Notes: generated by a model from the letters alone, not told the origin. DNA of 64,000 nt from Hadesarchaea archaeon (GCA_029259175.1 JAPDJH010000009.1:18123-82122), one strand, 5' to 3'; positions 40,229-49,609 are shown, counted from the first letter of the stretch. Numbers and translations: made by a program.

Positions 40229-41476
40229 GTGGCGGTCTTGTTTGTAAAGGAGTTGCGGTGCCTCCGATGCGGTCACCGGCACCGGCCCGAGGATAAACCG
40301 TACGTTTGCGAAAAATGTGGAGGTAAAATCGAAGTTCAGTACGACTATGAGCAAATCAGAATATCTAGAAAAACTCTGGAAAAAAGAAAAAGGGGTGTCT
40401 GGAAATACGTCGAACTCTTACCGGTAAGGAATCCAGATCGTGCTGTCACTTTAGGGGAGGGAGGTACTCCGCTCATCAAAGCCGCGCGACTCGGGAAAAA
40501 ACTTGGACTCAAACATCTTTACCTCAAAGACGAAACCCGGAATCCAACGGGATCTTTCAAAGATCGGCTCATGACAGTTGGTGTGACAAAGGTCTTAGAA
40601 TTCGGAGCAAAAACGGTAGTTACGGCGTCCAGCGGAAATGCTGCTATTTCTCTCGCCGCATACGCTGCAAAAGCGGGACTCGAGTGCTACACCTTTGTGC
40701 CCGAACGTGCTCCCGAAAGCAAGCTGGCTCAGATTTCAATACACGGTGCAGTGGTGGTGAAAGTAAAGGAGAAAGAGCGGGGTGATCCCACGTATGAACT
40801 CATGATCGAGTCTTGGAAAAGATTTGGGTGGCATCCGATTCCGAGTGCTGGAGCGTTCAACCCCTACCACTGGGAGGGTATAAAAACGCTGGCCTATGAG
40901 GTGTGTGAAGGTCTAAAATGGAGCTGCCCGGACTGGGTATTTGTGCCCACCGGAGCAGGAACTTTGCTGTCCGGGTGTGCAAAAGGCTTTTCCGAACTCA
41001 AAAGACTCGGCTTGACCAAAAACATGCCACGGATTGTCGCGGTGCAGGCAAAAGGGTGCGCTCCACTGGTACGGGCATTTAGGCAAAACATCCCGTATGA
41101 GCGGATAGAAACTTGGAGAAAACCAAAAACTGTGGCTGGAGGGCTCATAGATCCGTTCCCGTGGGATGCCGACACGGCAATCGAAGGGATAAGACGCTCG
41201 GGAGGAGATGCCGTAGCGGTGAGCGATAAAGAGATCTTGCAAGCGGAAAAAGAGCTTGCACAAATGGAAGGTGTTTTTGCCGAGCCTTCGGGTGCCGCAG
41301 GGGTGGCAGGGTTGAAGGCGCTTATAGACGAAGGAAAAGTAGACGCCTCGGATACAGTGGTTGTCGAGGTAACGGGAGGGGGGCTAAAAGATGTGCAAAC
41401 AGCGCTGGAGATCTCGAAACGGCCTAGAACGATTTCACCGTCCATTAAAGCGCTTTCCAAGCTCATCAAAATCTGA
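40229..41476 (+). CDS. PLP-dependent threonine synthase family enzyme with N-terminal zinc ribbon (threonine synthase or cysteate synthase-like)
   Basis: 'LRCLRCGHRH...YVCEKCGGKI' Zn ribbon, 'GSFKDRLMTVGVTK' PLP lysine motif, 'TASSGNAAISLAAY', 'GGGLKD'. Confidence 0.7.
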   Translation: MAVLFVKELRCLRCGHRHRPEDKPYVCEKCGGKIEVQYDYEQIRISRKTLEKRKRGVWKYVELLPVRNPDRAVTLGEGGTPLIKAARLGKKLGLKHLYLKDETRNPTGSFKDRLMTVGVTKVLEFGAKTVVTASSGNAAISLAAYAAKAGLECYTFVPERAPESKLAQISIHGAVVVKVKEKERGDPTYELMIESWKRFGWHPIPSAGAFNPYHWEGIKTLAYEVCEGLKWSCPDWVFVPTGAGTLLSGCAKGFSELKRLGLTKNMPRIVAVQAKGCAPLVRAFRQNIPYERIETWRKPKTVAGGLIDPFPWDADTAIEGIRRSGGDAVAVSDKEILQAEKELAQMEGVFAEPSGAAGVAGLKALIDEGKVDASDTVVVEVTGGGLKDVQTALEISKRPRTISPSIKALSKLIKI

Positions 41477-41491
41477 GCGTTCGGGGAAAGC

Positions 41492-41923
41492 ATGAATCGA
41501 AACATATACAGATTGCTAGCGCTGTTTGGGAGTATGTTGGCTTTGGTGGGCTTTTTCCAAGAGTGGATCACCATTAAAGCGTTCGGACAGACCATTAGTT
41601 ACTCCGGATGGTCGGCTATACAGAATGGGGCTCTTACCCCCTATTTCGAACTGCTAGGGGCGTTTTTTGGATTGCTGGCCGCCTTCTTATTGCTGGTGCG
41701 GCCGAGGCCTTATCTTAGGCTCTTGTTAATGATCACCGGAATGTTTGTGCTCATAGGGGTGGGTCTGGGAACTGCCGCATTGGAGTTAGAGCAAGCATTC
41801 GAATTTGAAAGCTTTGGAATTCTCGTAGGATGGGGATGGGGAAGCATCCTAACCATGGTGGGAGGAGTGATGCTTCTGATATCCTCTCTGGGTGTAGAAC
41901 ACATAGCAACTGCGTACTACTAA
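41492..41923 (+). CDS. Integral membrane protein (4 TM), hypothetical
   Basis: 143 aa hydrophobic. Confidence 0.4.
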   Translation: MNRNIYRLLALFGSMLALVGFFQEWITIKAFGQTISYSGWSAIQNGALTPYFELLGAFFGLLAAFLLLVRPRPYLRLLLMITGMFVLIGVGLGTAALELEQAFEFESFGILVGWGWGSILTMVGGVMLLISSLGVEHIATAYY

Positions 41924-41947
41924 AAAAAGGGAAAACTCTGGCCGGGG

Positions 41948-43000
41948 CTAACGCATTACCATAGCCATGACAGCTTTCTGAACGTGTAAGCGGTTCTCGG
42001 CCTCCTCGAAATAGAGCGAGCGCTCGTAGGAATCCAAGACCTCATCCGTTACCTCTTGGCCACGATCGGCAGGCCCGCAGTGCATGTAATAGGCGCGGTT
42101 GGTGACATCCAGCAGCTCGCGGGTGCAGATCCAGTCCTTGAACTGCTCCTGGTAGCGCTTGGCGCCCTCCTTGTCGACTTGGCTGTTGTGTGGTGGGAAG
42201 AAGCTCTTGGGAGACCATGCCTTGGGATAGACAAAGTCGGCGCCCTCGAAGGCTTCCTTCATATCGTTGACTATTTCAAAACTTCCCCCGTAGCGATCGG
42301 CGTTCTCGCGCGCGGCTTGGATAACGCTGTCTTCTAGCTCGAATCCCTTGGGGTGGGCCAAGACTACATCCATTCCGAACTGGGTGGTAATGAGGACTTC
42401 GCTCTGCGGAACCGCTAGAGGCTTGAGACCCCCTGAATAGGCGTAGGACACCACGAATTTCTTTCCTTGTAGATTTGGCTCAGCTTCGCGAGCTGCCATG
42501 ATGTCCGCGAGAGCCTGAAACGGATGATAGAGATCATCCTCCATGTTGAGCACCGGAATGTCGGCCCACCGCGCGAATTCCTCTATGATGCGATGTCCAC
42601 GACCGATGACCCATTTTGCAGGATCTCCATAAATGCGTATGGCTATCGCATCACCATAGCGACTGAGCACCCGAGCAACGTCCGAGATGGCCTCGGTGGC
42701 ATAGGGGACCATGTCTTCTGGGAGAGTGGGAGTGTAGAGGTCATTCGGGCTAAGGAAGTGTCCGTGACCGCCGAGCTGATAAATGCCCGCCTCGAAAGAG
42801 TTCCTTGTGCGGAGGGAGCGATTATAGAAGATCATGAACAGCGTGCGACCGGATAGATAAGTGGTGGGTTCCCGTTTTCGAAAGCGTTGTTTGAGATCTG
42901 CTGCCGCGTCAAGGATCGCTTTGATTTCCTCTTGGGTGAAGTCTTGGGTGTTGAGGAAGTCCTTGCCGGCCATCCTCCCCACATACGATGGTGTTGCCAA
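41948..43000 (-). CDS. Divergent ornithine/aspartate-carbamoyltransferase-family protein (unknown specificity)
   Basis: 350 aa. 'FYNRSLRTRNSFEAG' (cf. STRTR), 'HPFQALADIM' (HPxQ), 'MHCGPADRGQEVTDEV' (cf. HCLP). Motifs are present but atypical. Confidence 0.55.
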   Translation of the reverse strand: MATPSYVGRMAGKDFLNTQDFTQEEIKAILDAAADLKQRFRKREPTTYLSGRTLFMIFYNRSLRTRNSFEAGIYQLGGHGHFLSPNDLYTPTLPEDMVPYATEAISDVARVLSRYGDAIAIRIYGDPAKWVIGRGHRIIEEFARWADIPVLNMEDDLYHPFQALADIMAAREAEPNLQGKKFVVSYAYSGGLKPLAVPQSEVLITTQFGMDVVLAHPKGFELEDSVIQAARENADRYGGSFEIVNDMKEAFEGADFVYPKAWSPKSFFPPHNSQVDKEGAKRYQEQFKDWICTRELLDVTNRAYYMHCGPADRGQEVTDEVLDSYERSLYFEEAENRLHVQKAVMAMVMR

Positions 43001-43133
43001 TTTTCCACCTGCTAATTCCAGAGAGCCCCTAAATTTAAAGGTGATGGTGCAGGACCGCTGGCCGCTGAGATCAGCTTACACGACCAAATAAAGAACTCAA
43101 AAATGAATAAACCACCAAATTCCCAAAAGTAAT

Positions 43134-43817
43134 GTGACGTCAATGAAGCTCATTTATGATGGAAAGACAAAGCGGGTCTTTCGTCGCGGGCGATTCCTAG
43201 TTTTTCGCTTCAAGGATACTGTGCTCGGCCACTCTCCGGGTAAACCCGATCCGGGAGGAAACCGGGTTATTGGCCGTCTCCCAGGAAAGGCCGAGTTAGC
43301 CACTGCCACTGCCGTGTTTTTCTTCAAGCTTCTTCATGGCCATGGTATTCGCACTCACTTTGTCCGACAGCTTTCACCAATAGATATCGAAGTTTTCAAA
43401 ACAGAACCGATTCCGTTGGAAGTGATCTACCGCAAGTCTGCTTATGGGAGTTTCTTGCGCCGATATCGCGGTTTCGTGAAACCTTTCTGCAAATTGGATA
43501 TGGTGGAATTCACGCTAAAAAGTGATGAGCTGGGAGATCCGCTGATAACTCGCTCGGCGATCGAGCGCCTTCGAATAGCCACCCAAAAAGAGCTCCAAAA
43601 CATGGAGCAAACCACACGTCGCGCGGCGAGGGTTCTCGCTACAGCGCTTGCAGATCGGGGGCTTGAATTGGTTGATTTCAAGCTGGAGTTCGGACGTTAC
43701 GCTAAGAGACTAATAGTGATCGATGCGCTCAACGCGGATTCGATGCGCGTGGCTGATAAGCGCAGACGGATTCTCGGTCACCGCGAGCTGGCACGTCGGC
43801 TGGGTGTAAGCAAATGA
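43134..43817 (+). CDS. purC: Phosphoribosylaminoimidazole-succinocarboxamide synthase (PurC/SAICAR synthetase) family
   Basis: 'LIYDGKTKRVF', 'IPLEVIYRKSAYGSFLRR', 'LVDFKLEFGR'. Confidence 0.7.
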   Translation: MTSMKLIYDGKTKRVFRRGRFLVFRFKDTVLGHSPGKPDPGGNRVIGRLPGKAELATATAVFFFKLLHGHGIRTHFVRQLSPIDIEVFKTEPIPLEVIYRKSAYGSFLRRYRGFVKPFCKLDMVEFTLKSDELGDPLITRSAIERLRIATQKELQNMEQTTRRAARVLATALADRGLELVDFKLEFGRYAKRLIVIDALNADSMRVADKRRRILGHRELARRLGVSK

Positions 43818-44542
43818 AAGTCATCGATACGCACGCACATCTGGAGGAGCTAAACGATGTACAACGGGCTCTTGCAGAAGCGCGCGAGGCAGGAGTGATA
43901 AAGATTGTTGGAGTTGGATCGGATAGCAAATCCAATCAACGAATACTAGCGCTTGCAAAACAGTTTTCTGAGATGGTTGTGCCAGCCCTCGGCCTCCACC
44001 CGTGGAATCTTGAACACGACCCAGCTGAGGAAATCAAATTCATTGAAGTTCACATCGATGAGTGCATCGCTCTTGGAGAAGTCGGGATGGACTACTGGAT
44101 CGATCGGGATCAAGAGCTCCAGCGAAGAACCCTCGAAACAATTCTGAAAATAGCTGTAGAACACGACAAACCTGCAATTCTTCACAGCCGGGGCGCGTGG
44201 CAGGACGTGTTCGAGCTCGTTCGGGAAAGTAATATAGAACGGGCGATCTTTCACTGGTACAGCGGACCAATAGACTTGCTTCACCAAATTCTGGATTTAG
44301 GGTACTATATCTCCGCTACTCCAGCAGCCGAGTACAGTCGACACCACCAGCGCGCAATCGTCGAAACACCCATTGAGCGCATAGTGCTGGAAACCGATAC
44401 ACCGGTTAACTATCGGGGGATGGAAGCCAGGCCTGTGCACGTGCTTCGCAGTTTGAATGCGGTCGCAAAACTGAAGGAGCTCTCCCCGGAAGAAGTGGCT
44501 GAAATCACCACGCGTAATGCAATCCAGGTGTTTCGCCTGTGA
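43814..44542 (+). CDS. tatD: TatD-family metal-dependent hydrolase
   Basis: 'MKVIDTHAHLEE', 'ALGLHPWN', 'LHSR', 'FHWYSG', 'LETDTP'. Confidence 0.8.
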   Translation: MKVIDTHAHLEELNDVQRALAEAREAGVIKIVGVGSDSKSNQRILALAKQFSEMVVPALGLHPWNLEHDPAEEIKFIEVHIDECIALGEVGMDYWIDRDQELQRRTLETILKIAVEHDKPAILHSRGAWQDVFELVRESNIERAIFHWYSGPIDLLHQILDLGYYISATPAAEYSRHHQRAIVETPIERIVLETDTPVNYRGMEARPVHVLRSLNAVAKLKELSPEEVAEITTRNAIQVFRL

Positions 44543-44584
44543 AAAAGGCAAAAGTTATAACACCCCTATACTCACCTTCTAAAG

Positions 44585-45079
44585 ATGAACAAATCGAATG
44601 CTGACCAACGCGTGCTCCTCTACGATCCACAGCGTTGTACCGGTTGTCGTTGCTGCGAGATGGCGTGTGCCTATCAGAACTTCGGCTCGCTCACGCCAAT
44701 AAAAAGCCACATCCGGATAATCGCGAGCGAGGATGGAATCCACCGCGATGCCGTGTACTGCTGGCACTGCGAGGAACCGGTGTGTGCCGCGGCATGTCCG
44801 GTGGATGCGATAGAAAAGGACGAGCGCACGGGCTGGGTGCGGGTGAATCCGCTTAAATGCATCGGCTGTCGATCGTGCACATATGCATGTCCTGTGGCTG
44901 CCGCATGGTTCGATGAAGATCGGCGGACGGCTGCGAAGTGCACCTTCTGTGACGGGGATCCGCTCTGTGCCCGTTTCTGCTCGCCACAAGCCATACGAGT
45001 CGCCACCCGAGCGGAGGCCTCAGCCGCGCTCAAACAAATTCTCGGAGGTGCCGCGAGTGGAGGCGGAACGAGTCCTTAA
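44585..45079 (+). CDS. Polyferredoxin, four [4Fe-4S]-type Cys clusters (HycB/DmsB-like electron-transfer subunit)
   Basis: 'CTGCRCCEMAC', 'CWHCEEPVCAAACP', 'CIGCRSCTYACP', 'CTFCDGDPLCARFCSP'. Confidence 0.75.
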   Translation: MNKSNADQRVLLYDPQRCTGCRCCEMACAYQNFGSLTPIKSHIRIIASEDGIHRDAVYCWHCEEPVCAAACPVDAIEKDERTGWVRVNPLKCIGCRSCTYACPVAAAWFDEDRRTAAKCTFCDGDPLCARFCSPQAIRVATRAEASAALKQILGGAASGGGTSP

Positions 45080-45701
45080 AGCTGCTGGAGCAATCCAGGT
45101 GGTAAAAAAACGTGATCGAAAAGTGGAAGCCGCGATCAGGCCCGACCGTATACGGACGGTTGCAAGCAAGTTGTGTTCCCATGGCGCACGTTTCATCATC
45201 ATTGCCGCGGCGGATTCGGGGCTCGATATCGACTTGATCTATCACTTTGATTTGGATGGGCTAGTAGTTGCTGTAAAAACGAGAGTGCCTAAAGAGTCCC
45301 CAGAAATCGACTCAATAAAGGATATAGTGCCCGGAGCTGAATGGGCTGAGCGCGAAGCTTCAGATCTCTGCGGTGTACGCTTCCGCGGGGGCACAAACGA
45401 GCCATTGGTTCTTCCCAAAGAGGGTGCTCTGGAGACTCCTCCTCTCACGCGAGCGTTTCGGGTGCTGCCAGCCGAGGTGGCCCCCGTGGCGGAGTCCATT
45501 GCGAGCGTTGGGGCAACAGCCCCGCTGACTTCGCTTATGGAGCGCCGACGCCAAGAGGCAGGACTCGAGGCCAAAGCACCCATGGTCTACGCCACCGAAA
45601 AGGGGACTAAGGAATTGACAGAACTGATCAAGCAAGCCAGCTTCACCGAGCGCGGAGGGTTCGATCCCGAGCGTAAAAAGTTGAGAGGTGTGTACAAGTG
45701 A
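45049..45701 (+). CDS. NuoC/EchD-like 30 kDa hydrogenase subunit with C-terminal extension
   Basis: '...DSIKDIVPGAEWAEREASDLCGVRFRGG' NuoC signature. Start uncertain (GTG near 45049). The ATG ORF from 44883 overlaps the ferredoxin gene. Confidence 0.6.
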
Positions 45702-46567
45702 AGGAGTACGCTGTCTACTGGGGCTGCATGATTCCTCATCGTCTGCCCTCGATAGAAATCGCGGCCAGATATGTGCTCGAAAAGCTTGGTGTTCGGGTGC
45801 GCGAGGTTGAAAACTACACTTGTTGCCCGGATCCGATCATTGGGCGATTTATCGATAGAAAAACTGCCCTGACACTTTCTGCACGCAATCTAGCACTGGC
45901 CGAAGAACTGGGTCCAGAACTTCTAGTTCTCTGTAATGGGTGCTTCGAGACACTGATCGAAGCCGTAGAGGCTCTGCACGATGAAAACACGCGCACTGAA
46001 ATTAACCAAATCCTAGAAAAAGTTGGCAGGAAATACCAAGGAGCTATACAAGTCCGCCACGTGGTAGAAGTGCTGCACGACGATGTTGGGCTAAACCGGA
46101 TAAAAGAGGTCGTTCAGAAGCCATCGAGGGTCAAGCTCGCCGTCCACTACGGATGTCACCTTTTCCGCGAACCCAATGGTGGGGACATCTGGAGGAAACC
46201 AAAACAATTCGAAGAGCTCCTGCGTGTGATCGGAGGCAATCCAGTACTGTGTGACCACAACAGGCTGTGCTGCGGTTTTCCGACGTCACATGTGGATCCG
46301 GAGTATTCGTTGCGCATGAATCTGTTGCCTAAGATGCGGTGCTACAAACAACTAAAAATAGAAGCTGTGGTTACTGTGTGTCCAGCATGCACCATTCAGA
46401 TGGAAACTGGACAGCGCATGCTCCGCAAGTTTGGCTTGGAGACCTCCGTTCCGATAGTTCACTTGATGGAGCTCATGGCACTTGCTTTTGGAATGAGGCC
46501 CCAAGAGCTTTCGCTCAAGGTTCACCGCAGCCCCGTCGAGGATTTTGCTAGGAGGGTGTTCGGATGA
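45698..46567 (+). CDS. HdrB-like protein with two CCG domains
   Basis: 'NYTCCPDPIIG...LCNGCFETL' and 'CHLF...RLCCGFPTSH...VCPACTIQM' duplicated Cys-rich CCG motifs. Start codon overlaps the NuoC-like stop (ATGA-type coupling). Confidence 0.7.
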   Translation: MKEYAVYWGCMIPHRLPSIEIAARYVLEKLGVRVREVENYTCCPDPIIGRFIDRKTALTLSARNLALAEELGPELLVLCNGCFETLIEAVEALHDENTRTEINQILEKVGRKYQGAIQVRHVVEVLHDDVGLNRIKEVVQKPSRVKLAVHYGCHLFREPNGGDIWRKPKQFEELLRVIGGNPVLCDHNRLCCGFPTSHVDPEYSLRMNLLPKMRCYKQLKIEAVVTVCPACTIQMETGQRMLRKFGLETSVPIVHLMELMALAFGMRPQELSLKVHRSPVEDFARRVFG

Positions 46568-47697
46568 GCGAAATCGCGCGCTACGGTCCATATCATCCCA
46601 TCCACCTTGAGCCGGAGGTCTACGAGGTTCATGTTCGCGAAGGCAGGATTTCGGATGTACGTATCGAGCAGGGCTTCACTCACCGGGGGATTGAGCGCCT
46701 TCTAGAGCAGCAGTCAGTGAAGCACGGGGTTCTCTTGGCAGAACGGGTCTGCGGATTGTGCTCTCAGGCCCATGCGGAGGCCTACTGCACTGCGGTGGAA
46801 AACACGCTCAAAATCGAGCCGCCGGAGCGTGCGGCACATATTCGAACGCTTGCTTTCGAGCTCGATCGAATCCATAGCCACCTCATGTGGTTCGTGCTTT
46901 TGTTTCACTCCGTGCGCGACACTGAGGCATTAACCGTGGTGCTGAACCGGCGAGAACGGCTGATGGATCTAATCGAATCGCTGTTCGGGAATCGGGTTCA
47001 CTTCTCCATCAACACTCCGGGTGGGGTAAAACGTGACTTGCCCGCAGATGCGGATCAGCTTGTGCGCCGAACGATGGAGCACGTGCGCAATCTCGCAGAT
47101 TTCGTGAAAAACAAGGTAGAAGCGCACTCGCAACGACTGAGTGGAATCGGTGTATTGCCAAAAGAGAAAGCTAGAGCTTACGGGGTTGTAGGACCTGTGC
47201 TCCGCGGGTCGGGGATCGCCAGCGACATAAGGCGGGACGATCCGTATCTGATCTATGACGAATTGGAGTTTGACATCCCGACGGAGGACTCCTGTGACGT
47301 ACTGGGACGAACGCGTGTGCGGGTTGCCGAGCTCTACGAGTCCATCCGGATAGTTGAGCAGACCGTGAAAAGAATGCCGGTAGGCGAACTCTCGGTGGAG
47401 TTCCCATTCCCGTTGACCAATGAGGACTGCGGGCGAGTGGAGGCTCCCCGTGGAGAGCTCATCTACTTCGCGCGGCTGAGGGGGACCAGCTTTCCGGATC
47501 GTGTGAAGCTCAGACCGCCCACCTATGTCAACGACCCAGCCGTCGCCGAGATGCTCAAAGGAGAACCACTTGAAAATCTGCCGCTAGTCCTCGAGAGCAT
47601 CGACCGCTGCATTTCATGCACTAATCGCGTGACAGTAATTGATGAACAAAACGGGCATGTCAAAAAAATCTCGCTGGAGGATCTGGTGCGATGGTAG
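46564..47697 (+). CDS. Group-4 [NiFe]-hydrogenase large subunit-like protein (EchE/NuoD-type) with intact Ni-Fe ligand motifs
   Basis: 377 aa. 'GPYHPIHLEP' N-terminus. L1 motif 'RVCGLCSQAH' (RxCGxCxxxH) and C-terminal L2 'DRCISCTNR' (DxCxxCxxR), followed by a 22-aa tail. Confidence 0.75.
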   Translation: MSEIARYGPYHPIHLEPEVYEVHVREGRISDVRIEQGFTHRGIERLLEQQSVKHGVLLAERVCGLCSQAHAEAYCTAVENTLKIEPPERAAHIRTLAFELDRIHSHLMWFVLLFHSVRDTEALTVVLNRRERLMDLIESLFGNRVHFSINTPGGVKRDLPADADQLVRRTMEHVRNLADFVKNKVEAHSQRLSGIGVLPKEKARAYGVVGPVLRGSGIASDIRRDDPYLIYDELEFDIPTEDSCDVLGRTRVRVAELYESIRIVEQTVKRMPVGELSVEFPFPLTNEDCGRVEAPRGELIYFARLRGTSFPDRVKLRPPTYVNDPAVAEMLKGEPLENLPLVLESIDRCISCTNRVTVIDEQNGHVKKISLEDLVRW

Positions 47698-48548
47698 ATG
47701 AGCTCCGAGTATATCGGTTCAACGCGGGGTCGTGCAACGGTTGTGATATTGAGGTCGTCAGTGCTCTAGCGGAGCACTACGGTCTTCAAAACGTCCGGGT
47801 GGTAGAAGAGGTGGAAGAGGCAAACACCATGGTAGTTGTGGGTGTCGTAACGACGAAGACCGAGTCCCATCTGAGAGCAGCTTATGAAAAACTCCAAGAT
47901 CCCAAGCTCGTTATTGCCGTGGGGACGTGTGCCGTTTCGAGTGGAGTGTTCGATGGCTCCTACAGTGTCCGGAATCCGCCTGAGACATACATCCCAGTGA
48001 GAGCATATCTAAACGGGTGCCCCCCTAGCCCTCACTCGATCGTCTCAGCTCTCCGCGCCCTTATGGCCCGCCAAGACTCCGAGTGGACAGCGCCCAAGGG
48101 CTACAGGGGATTGCCGGTGGTCGATGCCGAGAAATGCACCGCGTGCGGAGCTTGCGCTATCGCCTGTCCCGCTAGCGCTATCGAAATCGAAGAAGCCGAC
48201 GAAGGCAAAATCGTGCGCTACTTGCACGATCGCTGCATCAGTTGTGCCACCTGCGAGCTCGTGTGTCCGGAGGACGCGGTGAGGCTGAAGGAAGAGCGTC
48301 ATCCGCTGGTGGCGGAACGAGAAAAAGCTAGGGTGGAAACGAAGTTCACAACGGTGCAGTGCCCGGTGTGTGGTAGTGGGCACATAACGGAACGGCATCT
48401 GGACGTGATTGTTGAACGGCTGAAAGAAAAAGAGGCGCTGAAAGCCGCTGCTCAGGAACTGCGCGAGCGATCGAAGCTCGAGAGGACTTGCAAGATAAGG
48501 CAGTTGGCTGTGGGCAAGCAATTGCTTTTTAAGCTCGGCTATGGATAA
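47691..48548 (+). CDS. Group-4 hydrogenase small subunit (HycG/EchC-type) fused to 2x[4Fe-4S] ferredoxin domain (EchF/NuoI-like)
   Basis: 'GSCNGCDIEV' (hydrogenase-type CxxC rather than NuoB CC), 'GTCAVSSGVF', 'NGCPP', then 'CTACGACAIACP' and 'CISCATCELVCP', plus extra 'CPVCGSGH'. Confidence 0.7.
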   Translation: MVDELRVYRFNAGSCNGCDIEVVSALAEHYGLQNVRVVEEVEEANTMVVVGVVTTKTESHLRAAYEKLQDPKLVIAVGTCAVSSGVFDGSYSVRNPPETYIPVRAYLNGCPPSPHSIVSALRALMARQDSEWTAPKGYRGLPVVDAEKCTACGACAIACPASAIEIEEADEGKIVRYLHDRCISCATCELVCPEDAVRLKEERHPLVAEREKARVETKFTTVQCPVCGSGHITERHLDVIVERLKEKEALKAAAQELRERSKLERTCKIRQLAVGKQLLFKLGYG

Positions 48549-48577
48549 TCCATTTTGCGGCTGGGGGGAAGGACGAG

Positions 48578-49609
48578 ATGGCTCTCAAAACCGCTCGATC
48601 GCTTTTCGATCTTGTTGGAAATACTCCTCTTATCCGGATCAACAAGATACCCGAGCGCTGGGGGTTCGGAGATCTGGAACTCTACGGTAAGGCCGAGTTC
48701 ATGAACCCCTCGGGTAGTCTCAAAGATCGTATCATCGCCAAAATCCTTTCGCAGGCAATGAAGGACGGCAGGTTGAAACCGGGGATGACCATAGTGGAGA
48801 GCACGACGGGAAATACTGGGATCTCCACTGCCATGTTCGGTGCCCACCTGGGGCTGAAAGTCATGATTGTGATTCCGGCGGGCATGAGCGCTGAGCGGAT
48901 GAAGACGTTGAAGGCCTTTGGGGCTGAAATCGTTCACGTTCCGGGAGGGGAATCGGATGTGGACTTGGCTGTGGAAAAGGCACGGGAGATCGCGAGGTCC
49001 GATCCGGATCGCTACTTTTTCGTTGACCAGTTCAACAATCCGGCCAACGCGGAGGCTCACTACGAAACCACGGGGCCGGAGATATGGGAGCAAATGGGGG
49101 GTAGGATAGATGCTTTCGTTGCGACCGCGGGGACCGGGGGAACCATCACGGGGGTCGGGAGGTATCTGAAGGAGCGGAACCCGCGCGTCAAGGTCTATGT
49201 CGCTGAGCCGGCCGAGTGCCCGCTGCTTTCCAAGCAGCGCTGGGGCAGCCACAGGATTGAAGGTATCGGGGACGGTTTCATTCCGTCGATTCTGGATCTC
49301 TCCGTTCTGGACGGGGTCATCACGGTGTCGTCCGATGAGGCGATCGAGATGACCCAGCAGCTGATCCGGGAGGAAGGGCTTTTCGTCGGGATCTCGAGCG
49401 GGGCCAATGTCAAGTGCTGTTTGAAGCTCCACCGGCGGCACCCTGAGCTCAGGCGGGTTGTGACCATGCTCAACGACCACGCGTTCAGGTACTTCTCCAC
49501 GCGGCTTTTCGGTGTGAGAAAGGAGCTGAAGGTCCCGGAGCGGCCCCATCCGATCAGCGTCACCCCCGAACAGCGAAGACATCTCTCGCGGCTGGAAATC
49601 ATCGAGTAA
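48578..49609 (+). CDS. cysK: Cysteine synthase / O-acetyl(phospho)serine sulfhydrylase family PLP enzyme
   Basis: 'NPSGSLKDRI' PLP-Lys motif, 'STTGNTGIS', 'GTGGTITG'. Confidence 0.75.
   Translation: MALKTARSLFDLVGNTPLIRINKIPERWGFGDLELYGKAEFMNPSGSLKDRIIAKILSQAMKDGRLKPGMTIVESTTGNTGISTAMFGAHLGLKVMIVIPAGMSAERMKTLKAFGAEIVHVPGGESDVDLAVEKAREIARSDPDRYFFVDQFNNPANAEAHYETTGPEIWEQMGGRIDAFVATAGTGGTITGVGRYLKERNPRVKVYVAEPAECPLLSKQRWGSHRIEGIGDGFIPSILDLSVLDGVITVSSDEAIEMTQQLIREEGLFVGISSGANVKCCLKLHRRHPELRRVVTMLNDHAFRYFSTRLFGVRKELKVPERPHPISVTPEQRRHLSRLEIIE

Noticed and set aside
45698-46567. HdrB-like gene as a membrane anchor (EchA/B substitute)
   Set aside because: The protein is hydrophilic with two CCG Cys-rich domains and no TM helices, so it is a soluble Fe-S subunit.
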